Source: Centroscyllium fabricii
Lineage: Eukaryota
Reading direction: 5' to 3'
Assembly: GCA_051313645.2 (NCBI GenBank)
Contig: JBNRSN020000010.1
Coordinates: 9,858,001 to 9,922,000, forward strand
Length of the DNA stretch: 64,000 bases
The position numbers were made by a program, and so were the translations under genes. Below, in pieces: positions 1 through 11,269 of the stretch (position 1 is the first letter of the stretch; each line of letters begins with the position of its first letter). Below the pieces are notes generated by a model. It worked only from the letters and a program-made list of their open reading frames with translations, did no database searches and was not told the origin of the DNA.

Positions 1-17
1 GCCTTAACAGACCAACC

Positions 18-675
18 TGAAGGAGGATAGACGCCTACCCGACTTAATCACACAGAGTAATATAACTCAAACTCCAATTGTCTGATTCAAATGCGAGAGC
101 ATACTTTATTTAAGAGCGCTCTGGGTGAAGATTTATGCACCCCTCGTGCAGTCATCACCTTTTCAAATTAGCTGCCCTGGTTATTGATTATTATACATTA
201 TTACAACGTATATGCACGCATGATACATTTACTTAAGCCAATCAATAAACTATCTCCAAGCATACTATGTTAGTATTAGCCAATTAACTAAACAACTTTT
301 AACCTACGTCAATGGGGTTAGTTTTATCTGCACCTGAAACCGTCTTTCGGTCGTTTTTAAAGAGACCATTGTATTCTGTTATTTTCTGTGTTTCAGCTAA
401 TTTCTCTATGCCTCATTGTGCATTTCTCGTTCCCATAGTCGCAGTACATTTGTGCTGCCCTTGAGTTTTTTTTAGTCCGTCTGCAGCTGTGAGTTTTGCA
501 AAGTTCCATATTCACCCTGTTAACCCTTTGGTGGCATTATCTCACTGGAAGTGCATGCCTTTTGATTTTATTAAGAGTCCATCAAAGTTCAGTCCAAGCA
601 TAAGTTGCATTGTCCAAAATGTACTCCAACAAGGGGCAAAGATAATGTGGATAGAAAGGAACTATTCCCTTAGCA
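18..675 (-). mobile_element. Possible retroviral-type LTR (ERV-like)
   Basis: On the minus strand it begins TG (TGCTAAGGG, 675) and ends CA (18), with AATAAA near 105-110. It abuts a truncated CR1 tail. No matching TSD found, so tentative. Confidence 0.3.
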
Positions 676-980
676 GTTAGGTCAGATACAAAGGGGAACA
701 GATTTAAATAATTGGGGGAATTTTTAGAGGGAATTTGAGGGGATATGTAAATACCCAGAGGGTTGTGGGGGCCTGGAACTCACGGACTGTACGCTTGGTA
801 AATGCAGGAACCATAAACACATTTACAAAGCATTTGGATGTGCATTTGGAAGGCTCTAACATGTAGGGCTATGGACCAAGTGCTTTGGAAGGGGGCTTAG
901 GCTGGATAGCACTCTGCTGGCCAGCGCGGTCATGGTGGGCTGAAATGGCCCCCTCCGTGCTGTAACTTTGTATAATTTAC
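676..980 (+). mobile_element. CR1 LINE 3' end fragment (degenerate)
   Basis: Resembles the ORF2 C-terminus and 3' UTR of the CR1 at 13827-14100 (cccagagggttgtgggggcctggaactcac ... ggctatggaccaagtgc ... gggctgaaatggcc). Confidence 0.75.
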
Positions 981-2130
981 ATGCATTGCATAGCTCAGCG
1001 ACTTGCTCCAGAGTTTGAGGGTTCCGGGCCCAAGTGTCTAAACTAATATTTTGTCGACGTGGTTTGTACTCACTATCCCTAATTCACCCATTGATCGAGT
1101 ATAATTTAATCACCTCCGCGTTTTACAGCCCACAATGATATATTCACCGATCTAACATTTCTCTTTTGAAAATCACCTCAATGTATTAACCTATCCAAAT
1201 AATGCAGTGCACTTGGAATGTGTATCTGTTTGATCGCTCTCCTCCTGTATCCTCAGTATCTATGCCTGCCAAAATTGTCTGCAATATCCCAAGCAGCACC
1301 ATGGTAAAGCATCGTTAGAGAGTGTTTAGTTTATAGTGCACTGTTGCAGCTATACTTGATAAGTCTCTATTTACCTTTCCAATTTGCGTGTAACCCTGCT
1401 TGTGGATCGGCATTGATTTATTGGTTATGATACCAACTTTCTTCCCAACTGGTCCCGGTATATTGTCTGCACATTCCTGGAGTGTCCGGTATAATGTGGT
1501 CCAGCCTACACTGTGACACACTGAAGGATATCTGCGCCACTGCGACCATTCCCTAAATCGGCCTTTATTAGACCCAATACTAACCGCACCGCTACCGACA
1601 CAATGCAACTGCTGCACTTACGGTTCACAGGATGTACTGCAGTAAGTCTTCGAGGATTGTTCGACAACATTTTGGTCGAATGCGAACTCGATCGCAAATA
1701 AATAAAGAACAGCACATTAATATGAACACCAACAACCCCAATTTACGCTCGAAGCTACACTTCACCTCAGAGGAACAATCTCGCCAAGTATTCACCGGAT
1801 TAGGTCCAGATCGTGAAATTCCTCTCCGGACGGCACCCTGGGATCACCAGTATCAAAAGACCTTCAGTGATTCAAAGATAATGCCCACCATATCCTACAG
1901 CCACGTTGGAACGGCGAATAAAAACAAGTTATCCGGAACCACCCATATGTTGAAAATAATTAAAGGGAAAGTTATTCCAATTCGTAACAGCAACGAACAA
2001 ATATTTTGATAGGTAGGTCCATCTCATTCAAATCAGTTACGAATTTGGTTGTCGGCAGTGACGCAGCACGAAGCACCGGATAACTGACATTGTTACTTCG
2101 CTGCAGGTGGATTTATCCCATTGGTTACAG

Positions 2131-2358
2131 CCTTTTTCTTATTCCTTCCTGGAAATTGGGCGCTGCTGGGAAGGCCAACATTTATTTTCCAATCCTAATT
2201 GCCCTTAGGAAGATGGGGGTGAGCCATTACAGAATTGTTGTTTTCCGTTACTGTTTGTTAGGGCAGTTAAGAGTCAGCCACATTGCTGTGGATCTGGAGT
2301 CACATATAGGCCTGACAAGGTAAGGACGGCATATTTCCTTTCCTAATGGCTGTTACTG
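2131..2358 (-). mobile_element. Short interspersed repeat fragment (SINE or LINE tail)
   Basis: Motifs gggcagttaagagtcagccacattgctgtgg and aggccaacatttattttccaatcctaattgccctt, recalled as common elasmobranch repeat sequence; family not assigned. Confidence 0.45.
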
Positions 2359-2435
2359 AAACATAGAAGGTAGTAGCTGGAGTAGGCCATTCGGCCCTTC
2401 GAGACTGCTCCGCCATTAGATTATATTTCAGATTT

Positions 2436-2830
2436 GGGGCGGCACTGTGTCATAGTGGTTAGCACTGTTGCCTCACAGCTCTGTGTGCCCGGGTTCAAAA
2501 CCGACCCCTGGTACTGTCTGTGTGGAGTTTGCACATTCTCCCCGTTTCTGCGTGGGTTTTTCTCCGGGTGCTCCGGTATCCCCCACAGTCCAAAGAGGTG
2601 CGGGGTTAGGTTGATTGGCCATGATAAATTGACCCTTAATGTTAGGGTGATTGAATATGTGGGGCTACGGGGATAGGGTGGGACATGTGTCGGTGCTGGC
2701 TCGATAGGGATACGGGGAGAAGGCAGGGACAGGGTGCTGGGTTTGGATGATCAGCCATGATCTCATTGAATGGCGGAGGAGGCTCGAAGGGCCGAATGGC
2801 CTACTCCTGCTCCTATCTTCTATGTTTCTA
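2436..2830 (+). mobile_element. HE1/V-SINE-type tRNA-derived SINE joined to a CR1-type 3' tail
   Basis: tRNA-like head (tagtggttagcactgttgcctcacagc...cccgggttcaaaacc), V-SINE core (tgtgtggagtttgcacattctccccgt...ctccgggtgctccggt) and tail gggccgaatggcctactcctgctcctat...tctatgtttctat. Confidence 0.8.
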
Positions 2831-3190
2831 TAGCTGCTCCAGCCCAGGTAATATCCTGGTGAATCTCCTCTGCACCCTCTCCAAAGCAACCACATCCTTC
2901 CTATAGTGTGGCGACCAGAACTGCACACAGTATTCCAGCTGTGGCCTAACTAGCATTTTGTACAGCTCCGTCATAACTTCCCTGCTCTTATATTCTATAC
3001 CTCGGCTAATGAATGCAAGTATCCCATATGCCTTTTTAACCACCTTATCTACCTGTCCTGCTGCATTCAGTGGTTTATGTACATGCACACCAAGGTCCCT
3101 CTGATACTCTGGCCTTCCTAGGATCTTACAATTCATTGTGTATTCTCTTGCCTGGTTAGTCCTTCCAAAATGCGTCACCTCACACTTTTC
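2828..3190 (-). mobile_element. CR1 ORF2 fragment (C-terminal to RT)
   Basis: ORF 2828-3178 (QRDLGVHVH...KAYGILAFISRGIEYKS...[21 protein letters not shown]) closely matches the CR1 ORF2 at 13912-16200. Confidence 0.9.
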
Positions 3191-3484
3191 AGGGTTAGAC
3201 CCCCACAGCCAGGGGAATCATCCTCCCTGCATCCAGACTGGCTAGCCCTGTCAGAATTTTATACGTTTCAATGAGATCCCCTCTCCTTCTAAACTCGTGA
3301 CTACAGGCCTAATCGACCCAATCGCTCCTCATACGACAGTCCTGCCATGCCAGGAATTAGTCTGGTGAACCTTCGCTGCACTCCCTCTCTGACAAGTATC
3401 GTTTCTTAGGCAAGGAGACCAAAACTGCACACAGTACTCCAGGTGTGGTCTCACCAAGGCCCTGTATAACTGTAGCAAGACATC

Positions 3485-3861
3485 CAGGGCCGGCTCAAGG
3501 TATTTGGGGGCCCCAAACAAGGTATTTTGGGGGCCCCAAACAAGGTATTTGGGGGCCCCAAACAAGGTATTTTGGGGGCCCCAAACAAGGTATTTTGGGG
3601 GCCATTTCTGTTTGTGTCTGTAGATATGTGTGCACAAGCACAAGGGGGGCTTCTTCTGCCGGCACTAAAACCTACTGTACCCAGTATATAATTATGCACC
3701 AGTTATGTACCAGTACATTGTGCACAATATTGTGCAGGGGCAATGTATGTCTATCATGGGCTATAATTTAAGAATGAAAACACTTAGGCCTATGAGGGGC
3801 CCTCTCAAATCGGGGGCCCTAAACAAATGTTTACATCGTTTATATGGTAGGGCCGGCCCTG
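3485..3861. mobile_element. Non-autonomous hAT-type DNA transposon (MITE), 377 bp
   Basis: Perfect 10-bp TIRs CAGGGCCGGC / GCCGGCCCTG and an exact 8-bp TSD AAGACATC at 3477-3484 and 3862-3869. An 8-bp TSD with CAG termini is typical of hAT. Confidence 0.9.
3495..3603. repeat. Subterminal tandem repeat, ~5 x 22-23 bp (CAAGGTATTT(T)GGGGGCCCCAAA)
   Basis: Directly visible; each unit contains the near-palindrome TTTGGGGGCCCCAAA. Confidence 0.95.
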
Positions 3862-3934
3862 AAGACATCCTTCCTCCTGTACTCATATCCTCTCTGTCTG
3901 GACCCCTCAATTTTTTACACCTCAATCAAGGAAC

Positions 3935-4495
3935 AGGGAGGTCTTGCTGCAGTTGTACAGGGCCTTGGTGAGACCACACCTTGAGTACTGTGTGCAGTTT
4001 TGGTCTCCTTATGTAAGGAAGGACGTTCTTGCCATGGAGGGAGTGCAGAGGAGATTCACCAGGCTGATACCTGGGATGGCAGGATTGACGTATGAGGAGA
4101 GACTGAGTTTGTACACTCTGGAGTTTAGAAGATTGAGAGGGGATCTCATCGAAACGTATAAAATTCTAACTGGTCTGGACAAACTTGATGCAGGAAGAAT
4201 GTTCCCGATGGTCGGAGAGTCCAGAACCAGGGGTCATAGTCTAGGGATAAGGGGTAACTCATTTAGGACAGAGATGAGGAGGAACTTCTTCACCCAGAGA
4301 GTGGTGAACCTGTGGAATTCTCTACCACAGAGGGCGGTGGAAGCTAGTTCATTGAATATATTGGCCAGGATAAATTGACTCTTAGTGTTAGGGGGATTAA
4401 ACAAGTGGGGTTACGGAAATAGGGTGGGATTTGTTTCGGCTCAGGCTCGATGGGCCGAAATGGCGTCTATCTGCACTGTAGCGATTCTAGGATTG
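3935..4495 (+). mobile_element. CR1 ORF2 3' fragment followed by an HE1-SINE-like 3' tail
   Basis: ORF 3944-4378 ([15 protein letters not shown]...RGDLIETYKI...FFTQRVVNLWNSLP); 4369-4495 aligns to 2623-2710. Confidence 0.85.
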
Positions 4496-4497
4496 AT

Positions 4498-4775
4498 TGT
4501 ATGATTCAGTACCCTGTCCCTGCCTTCTCCCCATATCCCTTGATCCCTTCAGTGTGAAGAAATCCATCCAACACCATCTTGAATATATTCAGTGACCCGA
4601 CCTCCATCGCCCACTGTGGCAGATAATTCCACTAGTTAACCACTCACTGGGTGAAGAAATTACCCCTCATCTCAGTCGTAAATTATCTGCCCTTATCATT
4701 AGTATATGGTCGCTGGTTCTGGACTTCCCGAACATCGGGGACAACATTCCTGCCTCCAGTCTGTCCAGGCCTGAC
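4498..4775 (-). mobile_element. CR1 3' fragment
   Basis: ccctgtccctgccttctccccatatcccttg...ccactcactgggtgaagaaat is the reverse complement of a CR1 3' region; probably continuous with 2360-2430 before nested insertions. Confidence 0.7.
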
Positions 4776-4997
4776 ATTTAGCTGAGGCATGGGCGAGCTT
4801 TATACATCAATTAGTCACCAGTCATATTAAAGCAACAAATACCTAGCTTTGCACTAGAAAATGAGCGGCACCCAATAGCTTGTTAGACTCTCACCTCCAA
4901 CAAATCATTTACTAATGGGATTATCAGTGGATCGCCTCCCATTTCTAAGATCATCCACCAATCCATCGATCACTTGTCAAGACACTTAAGAGTTGTC

Positions 4998-5275
4998 TGA
5001 CGTGCATGCAGGCCTGAAGAACCACGCTGGACACAGTGAAATCGGATAACACTCATTTAATTGTTAACACAGCAATGGCCAGGTAGCGAAGATGCTGAGC
5101 CACCTGGAACCAGCATATTTAAAGGGCCCGCGGTTGGTGACGTCACTGCCGGAAGCCCCGGTGACGTCATCACGCCGGAAGTCGCGGTGACGTTGTCACG
5201 CCGCCCGGCGGACAGGGCCGTGACTCGCAGTACTCGTGAGGCGGATTCGATGGTCTTGGTGGTCGTGTCGCCACA
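4998..5275 (-). repeat. 3' LTR of the CsRn1-like Gypsy element
   Basis: Direct repeat of 9285-9562, about 19 substitutions and no indels by eye; adjacent polypurine tract. Confidence 0.95.
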
Positions 5276-5372
5276 CAGCTCCCCCCCAGAATCTGTGAGG
5301 GAGAATAAAATTAATCCTAAAAGAAAGGGAGAATAAGGCAAAAATAAAAAAATGGAGCATAAAAGATGAGTC

Positions 5373-8300
5373 TCAGGCGAGGCGTTGAGGTGGCCGGATG
5401 ATGTGTCCGGCACATGTCGTACGCTGCTCCTTGTTCTGCGTGGGAGTGTGGGCGGGATTTGGTGCGGTAGGGCGTCCGCGATTTGGTGGCTGCGCGGGTA
5501 CTGTTGTTTCGCCCACCATTACATGTGCTGGTTTGAGCCGGTCGAACGAGGCAGTCTCAGTTCTGTTGCCCATTTTTATTTGGAACGTCTTAGGTCCCGC
5601 CCGAAGCACTCTGTACGGTCCGTCGTATGGTGGCTGTAGTGTTGTTCGATGTGCATCGTGGCGGACAAACACATACTTGGCGTTTTTGATGCCATCTGGA
5701 ACACGTGCTGCCGGCTCTTCATGCCGTGCCACCGGGAGTGGTTTGAACACCCCTGCCTGATTATTAAACTCCTTGAGGCAGCGGTCGGCTGACCAGGGGG
5801 CGTTGGTTTCCACGGCAAACTCGCCTGGTACGGTTAGGGGTTGGCCATAGACAAGTTCCACAGCTGAGGCGTGCAGATCTTCCTTGGCCGCTGAACATAG
5901 GCCGAGCATTACCCAGGGCAGGCGGTCGGTCCAGGTAGTGTCCTTAAGGCTGGTCAGCAGGTAAGCTTTGATGGAGCGGTGGAACCGTTCACAGAGGCCA
6001 TTGGCCTGTGGGTGGTAGGCGCTGGTTCGGTGCAAGGTTGCCCCGAGATCGTGGGCGATGATTGCCCATAGGGTTGAGGAAAATTGGGGGCCCCTGTCCG
6101 ACGTGATGTCGGTGGGAACGCCGAAAATTTCGACCCAGGTGGCGATGAAGGCCCTGGCCAGGTCTGCGGTGGTGGTAGCGGTGAGGGGGACCGCTTCTTG
6201 CCAGCGAGTGCTGCGGTCGACCATTGTCATGACACGTGTATGTCCCCGTGATGGCAGTAGTGGTCCGACCAGGTCGATATGGACGTGGCTGAAAGGTCTA
6301 GCTGGGATGGCTATCGTTTCTAGTGGCGCCTTGATGTGCTTGTGCACCTTGGTGCACTGGCAGGCATTGCAGGTGTTGGTCCAGGCACGGAAATCCTTGC
6401 GCAGGCCGCGCCAAATGAAACACGCAGAGATCAGCTTGGTGGACGCGCGGACGCCGGGGTGGGACAGGTCATTGAGGGTCTGGAAGATGTGTTGCCTCCA
6501 TGAGTGGGGGACGACTGGTCTGGTCTGCGGGAGGGAGATGTCGCAGCGGACCGCCGTGGCTGTGGGCCCGTGTGCTACGGTGGCCAAGAGCAGTCCGGGG
6601 AGGTTGTTAGCTGGGTCGAGCAGATCGGGGTAGGTCAGTTGGTCGGCCTCCAGTTTAGCAGAGTCGACGGCCGTTTGTACAGAGTTGATGGTGGGACGTG
6701 ACAGGCAGTCAGCAACCACGTTGTCACAGCCGGCGATGTGCTGAATGTCGGTGGTAAACTCCGACACAGCCGCGAGCTGGTGCTGCTGCCTGGCCGACCA
6801 GGGTTTGGCGATCTTAGCCATTGCAGACACAAGCGGCTTGTGATCTACGAAGGCTGTAAAGTGGCGGCCCTCTAGGAGAAAGCGGAAGTGGCGCAATGCG
6901 AGGTAGAGACCGAGTAGCTCCCTATCGAAGGCGCTGTACTTGATCTCCAGGGGCCAGAGATGTCGGCTAAAAAAGGCCAGAGGTTGCCAGGAGTTGCCTG
7001 TCCACTGCTCGTAGACTGCTCCGACGGCGCGGTCGGAGGCGTCGGTGGTGAGGGCTACTCTGGCGTTGGGCCTAAGGTGGGTGAGGAGCGTGGCGTTGGC
7101 CAGGACGGTTTTCGTTGCGGTGAAGGTGGTGGTGGCTTCGGCTGTCCACTCGACCGCAGCCTTGTTGGACTGCCCGCGGGTGGCCTGATAGAGGGGGTCC
7201 ATGAGAGCGGCTGCTTCTGGGATGAAGCGGTTATAAAAATTAACCATCCCAAGGAATTCCCGCAGCCCCTTGATGGAGTGCGGGCGGGGGAATTCCTGGA
7301 CCGCCTCCACCTTGGAGGGCAGGGGTATGGCCCCGGTCTGGGAAATGCAGTGGCCGAGGAAGTCGATCGTCTCGAGGCCGAATCAACATTTGGAGGGGCT
7401 TAATATAAGGCCGTGTTCGACCAGGCGTTTGAACAGGGTCCTGAGATGGAGGAGGTGTTCCTGGGGGGAGGTGCTGGCCAAGAGGATGTCGTCCAGGTAG
7501 AAGAACGTGAACTGCAAGTCCCGTAGGACTGAGTCCATGAGGCGTTGGAAGGCCTGGGCCGGGTTTTTGAGTCCGAAGGGCATTCGGAGGAACTCGAAAA
7601 GGCCGAAAGGGGTAATGACGGCTGTTTAAGGGACGTCCGCCAGGTGCACTGTTACCTGGTGGTAGCCCCGTACTAGGTCGGTCTTTCAAAATATCGTGCA
7701 GACGGCTAGCCTTGCTGAGAAGTTTTGGATGTGGGGGACGGGGTACCTGTCTGGGGTGGTGGCGTTGTTGAGGCGGCGGTAGTCTCCGCAGGGGCGCCAG
7801 CCTCCGCCGGGTTTGGAGGCGATGTGGAGGGGAGATGCCCAGGGGCTGCTGAAGCGGTGGATTATGCTGAGTTGTTCCATGATGTGGAACTCGGCACACG
7901 CGATCTCCAGCTTGGCCGGGTCCAGCCTGCATGCGTGGGCATGGACTGGGGGGCCTGTGGTGGTGATGTGGTGCTCCACCCCGTGCTTGGCCGTACGGGC
8001 TGTGATGGTGGGGTTGGTGAGGGCTGGGAACTCCGCGAGGAGCGTGCCGTATGTGTCGGAGTTCTGGGCTCGGCAGTGGGATGCTGCGTGGGCCTGGTGT
8101 GCCGGCCCTGTGGAGCATTTGGATGGTCGACATGTTATGGATGTCGACCAGGCGGCGCCGGGTTACGTCGACCAGTAGGTTGTGGGCGCACAGAAAATCG
8201 GACCCGAGGAGGGGTAGCTGGCTTGGGCTGTCATGAAGTCGCACTGGTACATGAGGCCTGCTAGCTTGATGGTAAGCTGACGGGTGCCGAACGTAACTAT

Positions 8301-9268
8301 CTCGGAGCCGTTTGCGGTTCTGAGTGGTGGGCCTTGGGTGCCTTGCTTGGTTTCTGCACGGGAGGCTGGCACGATGCTGTGCTGCGCGCCTGTGTCGCAG
8401 AGGCAGCGGAGGCCTGACCCGCTGTCCGTGACGAAGAGCAGTGCTCCGGAGCGGCCTACGGAAATGGTGGGGTTTGGGCTTTTTTGGGGTTTGAAGGTGC
8501 AGGGCTGGGCGCAGCGCTGCGCTTTAGCTTCAAACCTGGTGTGGTAGTAGCACCAGCCGGGGCCTGTTGGGCGTGGCTTTTTGCGGGTTTGCACTGGCAT
8601 GGAGTCGGACTTGGGGCCGGACCTGGGGTGCACATAGTAGTGCTCCGGTGGCGCGGTAGTGGGTTCGCACTTGGTGGCTCGGGTGCGCTCGTCCCTCATC
8701 AGCTTGTCGGCCTCCTCAGCCAGTTGCTCTTTAGTGTAGTGGTCGAGGATCGTCAGAGCCGGTCTGACGGAGGGGGGCAGTTTGAGGAGGCACAAGGCGC
8801 GGTTAATGGTGGCCGGGTCGCAATTGAGCGCTTCCATTTGGGCCCAGAGGTCCGATGGGTCTGCGTCACCGAGTTCGGGGAGGTTAATGAGCTGGCAGTC
8901 GTGCTCGAATTGGGAGGTGGTGAATTTCTTTAGCAGCGCGGCCTTAAGGAATTCGTACCTACCAGCAGTTGGTTCGTGCTGTATCGATGACCACATTCGG
9001 TCGAACGTGGTCTGTGAAAGGGCCGTGAAGAGCAGGCTGTATCGATCGTCCCCCTGTATGCCAGGTGTTCTCCGTGCTGAGGAACCAGGCCGCTGGACGT
9101 AGTTCCCAGAACTCTGGCAAGTTTGGTATTTGGCCGTAGTTCTGGCCCAGTCTGTGGAATCGCGCTGTTTGGCTCCCTGCTGGCATATTGGTTGGGAGTG
9201 TACTGAGGCAGCTTGGCCCTCAGTCCTGCAGCAACTGCTTCATTATGTTCCCTTGGAAGTCGTTCCAA
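5373..9268 (-). pseudogene. gag-pol of the Gypsy element (Gag, protease, RT, RNase H, integrase), disrupted
   Basis: Gag LPEFWELRPAAWF and CYYHTRFEAKAQRCAQPC; protease LCDTGAQ; RT WASPLH, DYRRLN, MPFGLKN, YLDDIL; RNase H TTDASD...YSAFDRELL; integrase HIDLVGPL, SDRGPQF, YHPQANGLCER, PYDGPYRV. Stops in RT (~7627, ~7686) and frameshifts in gag and after protease. RH-IN is one open 645-aa ORF (5373-7310). Confidence 0.92.
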
Positions 9269-9284
9269 GTATCGAGGTCACCAC

Positions 9285-9562
9285 TGTAGTGCATGCAGGC
9301 TTGAAGAATCATGCTGGACACAGTGAATTCGGATAACACTCATTTAATTGTTAACACTGCAATGGCCAGGTAGCGAAGAGGCTGAGCCACCTGGAACCAG
9401 CATATTTAAAGGGCCCGCGGTTGGTGACGTCACTGCCGGAAGCCCCATTGACGTCATCACGCCGGAAGTCGCGGTGACGTCGTCACGCAGCCCGGCGGGC
9501 GGGGCCGTGTCTCGCAGTACTCCCGAGGCGGATTCGATGGTCTTGCTGGGCGTGTCGCCACA
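9285..9562 (-). repeat. 5' LTR of the CsRn1-like Gypsy element
   Basis: Direct repeat of 4998-5275; followed on the minus strand by the PBS. Confidence 0.95.
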
Positions 9563-9589
9563 TGTCAACGTTTCGGTCAAAACCTATCA

Positions 9590-10260
9590 TTCTTCTAAAC
9601 TCGAGGTATTATAGGCCACGTCATCTCAGTCTCTCTCCATATGTAAATACACCCATCCCATGTACCAGTCCAATGAGTCTCTGGGACACTCAGTCTAAGG
9701 CAAATATATCCTACCTTACATAAGGAGAACATAGAAGTATACAGCAAGACAGGATAGGTCCAACCAAGGCCGCATTTAATTGCAGTAATACATCCTTACT
9801 CTTACCTTCTAATTAATTAGTTATACAATTCATCATAACATTTGCTTCCCTCATGTATTGCGTTACCTGCATTTTAACCTTCTAATAATTCGTGCACCAG
9901 GCACCCATGTCCCTCTGAACACGAATGTTCTCCAGTTCTCCACGTTATATTCCATGTGCCATGTTCTTGCTCTGTCACTGAAACCGCCGATATCGCTTTG
10001 CCGCCTCTTTGTGTCCTCCTCAAAACGTTAATTCCCACCTAGATTTGTATCGTCAACAAAGGTGGATACACAACATTTGTTCCCTTCAATTACCTGTTTA
10101 TTAGCACCCACCCTTTTCTGCTCGTTAATCAATCCTCAGTCAATAATAATGTGTTACCACCAATGCCCTGAGCCCAAATATTGTGTAATAAACTTTTGTG
10201 TGGCACATTATCGAAAGCTTTCTCAAAATCAAAAACGAATCCATTCACTGGTGATTATGT
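9590..10260 (-). mobile_element. Old degenerate CR1 ORF2 fragments
   Basis: Reverse-complement traces of RT motifs (tttgtatcgtcaacaaa ~ FADDTK; tgtggcacattatcgaaagcttt ~ KAFDxVPH). Confidence 0.6.
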
Positions 10261-10704
10261 CGCTGGATTAGAGCATATAGATGAGAAATAGGAGAGAGTA
10301 AGATAAAAGAAACGCAGCAACTGCTAAAGGAGAAAAGAGAACAATTAATCCAGCTCACTTTCTACCATCTTGCTAGTCGCATATTATATTAATAATGTTG
10401 TTTACTAATCATCACAATCAATCACTATAAATTATTCCACAACACACTCAGTTAAGACAGGAATTAAACCCCAGTGACGCAGCGCTGTGGGGACCATCGG
10501 TTCAAAGTCACCAGTTCAACTGAAGCTAGCAGATTTATGTCATGTCCCAAATAATTCATATAACGTTTCCCAAAATGTTACCTTCTGAAAGCAATCTCGC
10601 TCATTTTGATATGAGTTTGATATTTCTAACTGATTTCAAGATCGCTTCAGGGATCCTCTTCCAAATATTGTTTATGGTATTGTATATATAGATGTATATA
10701 TAAT

Positions 10705-11210
10705 CCATAGCAGATGCAAAGAACATGCGACACAACTGGTCCATGTCGGTGTTTATACTTCACAGAAGCCTCCTCCCACTTCACTCCTCTAAACCTATCG
10801 GCATATCCCTCAATTGTTTTTTTAATGTTTTTACCGTGTTTCACCTAAATATGTCTATATCATTCGCCACAAATAAACCTTGTTGTAGCTAACTCCACAT
10901 TCTAACTAGTCTCTTGTTGAATAAATTTCTCCTGGACACTCTGTTGTACATACTGGTGTTTATCTTATACTCATAGTCACTTGCTTTATTCTCCTCACAC
11001 GGGTGATTACCCTCTCATTGTTTACCCTTTCGAAAACTTTTATAATTTTAAATACTTATACCAAGTCACCCGTCAGCACTCTCTTTTCTACAGGAAAAAT
11101 CCGCGGCTTCTTCAATCTTTCCTGAAATGCATATCTCGAATTTCTGGTTTAAACTCTGGAAATATCTTCGTCACATTTTTCAGTGCGTCTGTTATCTTTT
11201 TACAGTAGGA
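10705..11210 (-). mobile_element. Old degenerate CR1-type 3' fragment
   Basis: Weak reverse-complement similarity to CR1 3' ends (ccacattctaactagtctcttgttgaataaatttctcctgg; ttttataatttta). Confidence 0.5.
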
Positions 11211-11269
11211 CAATCAGAGGCTACCCTAGGAAGCCTAGTATACCTGCCGTTGCGCTACTAATCAAGAGG

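Larger units (their letters stand above)
3200..3885 (-). mobile_element. CR1 ORF2 fragment interrupted by a hAT MITE
   Basis: [24 protein letters not shown] on the minus strand; sequence resumes after 3869 (cttcctcctgtactc). Confidence 0.8.
4998..9562 (-). mobile_element. Full-length Ty3/Gypsy LTR retrotransposon, CsRn1-clade-like, inactivated
   Basis: Two 278-bp LTRs (TG...CA); 4-bp TSD TGTC at 4994-4997 and 9563-9566; PBS TGGTGACCTCGA resembling the tRNA-Trp 3' end (~9272-9283); PPT ~5276-5287; Gag with a C-X2-H-X9-C-X3-C finger; domain order PR-RT-RH-IN. Confidence 0.95.

Noticed and set aside
1000-2100. CpG-containing stretch with several 70-125 aa ORFs
   Set aside because: No recognisable motif in the frames read; possibly an old retroviral or other repeat relic, but not assignable without a search.
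3329-3771. ORFs with repeated peptides ([15 protein letters not shown])
   Set aside because: Translations of the 22-23-bp tandem repeat inside the hAT MITE.
3412-4010. Inverted pair of CR1 segments that could form a hairpin
   Set aside because: Explained by two independent, diverged CR1 fragments in opposite orientation.
5385-9336. Many plus-strand ORFs over the Gypsy element
   Set aside because: Antisense shadows of GC-rich gag-pol.
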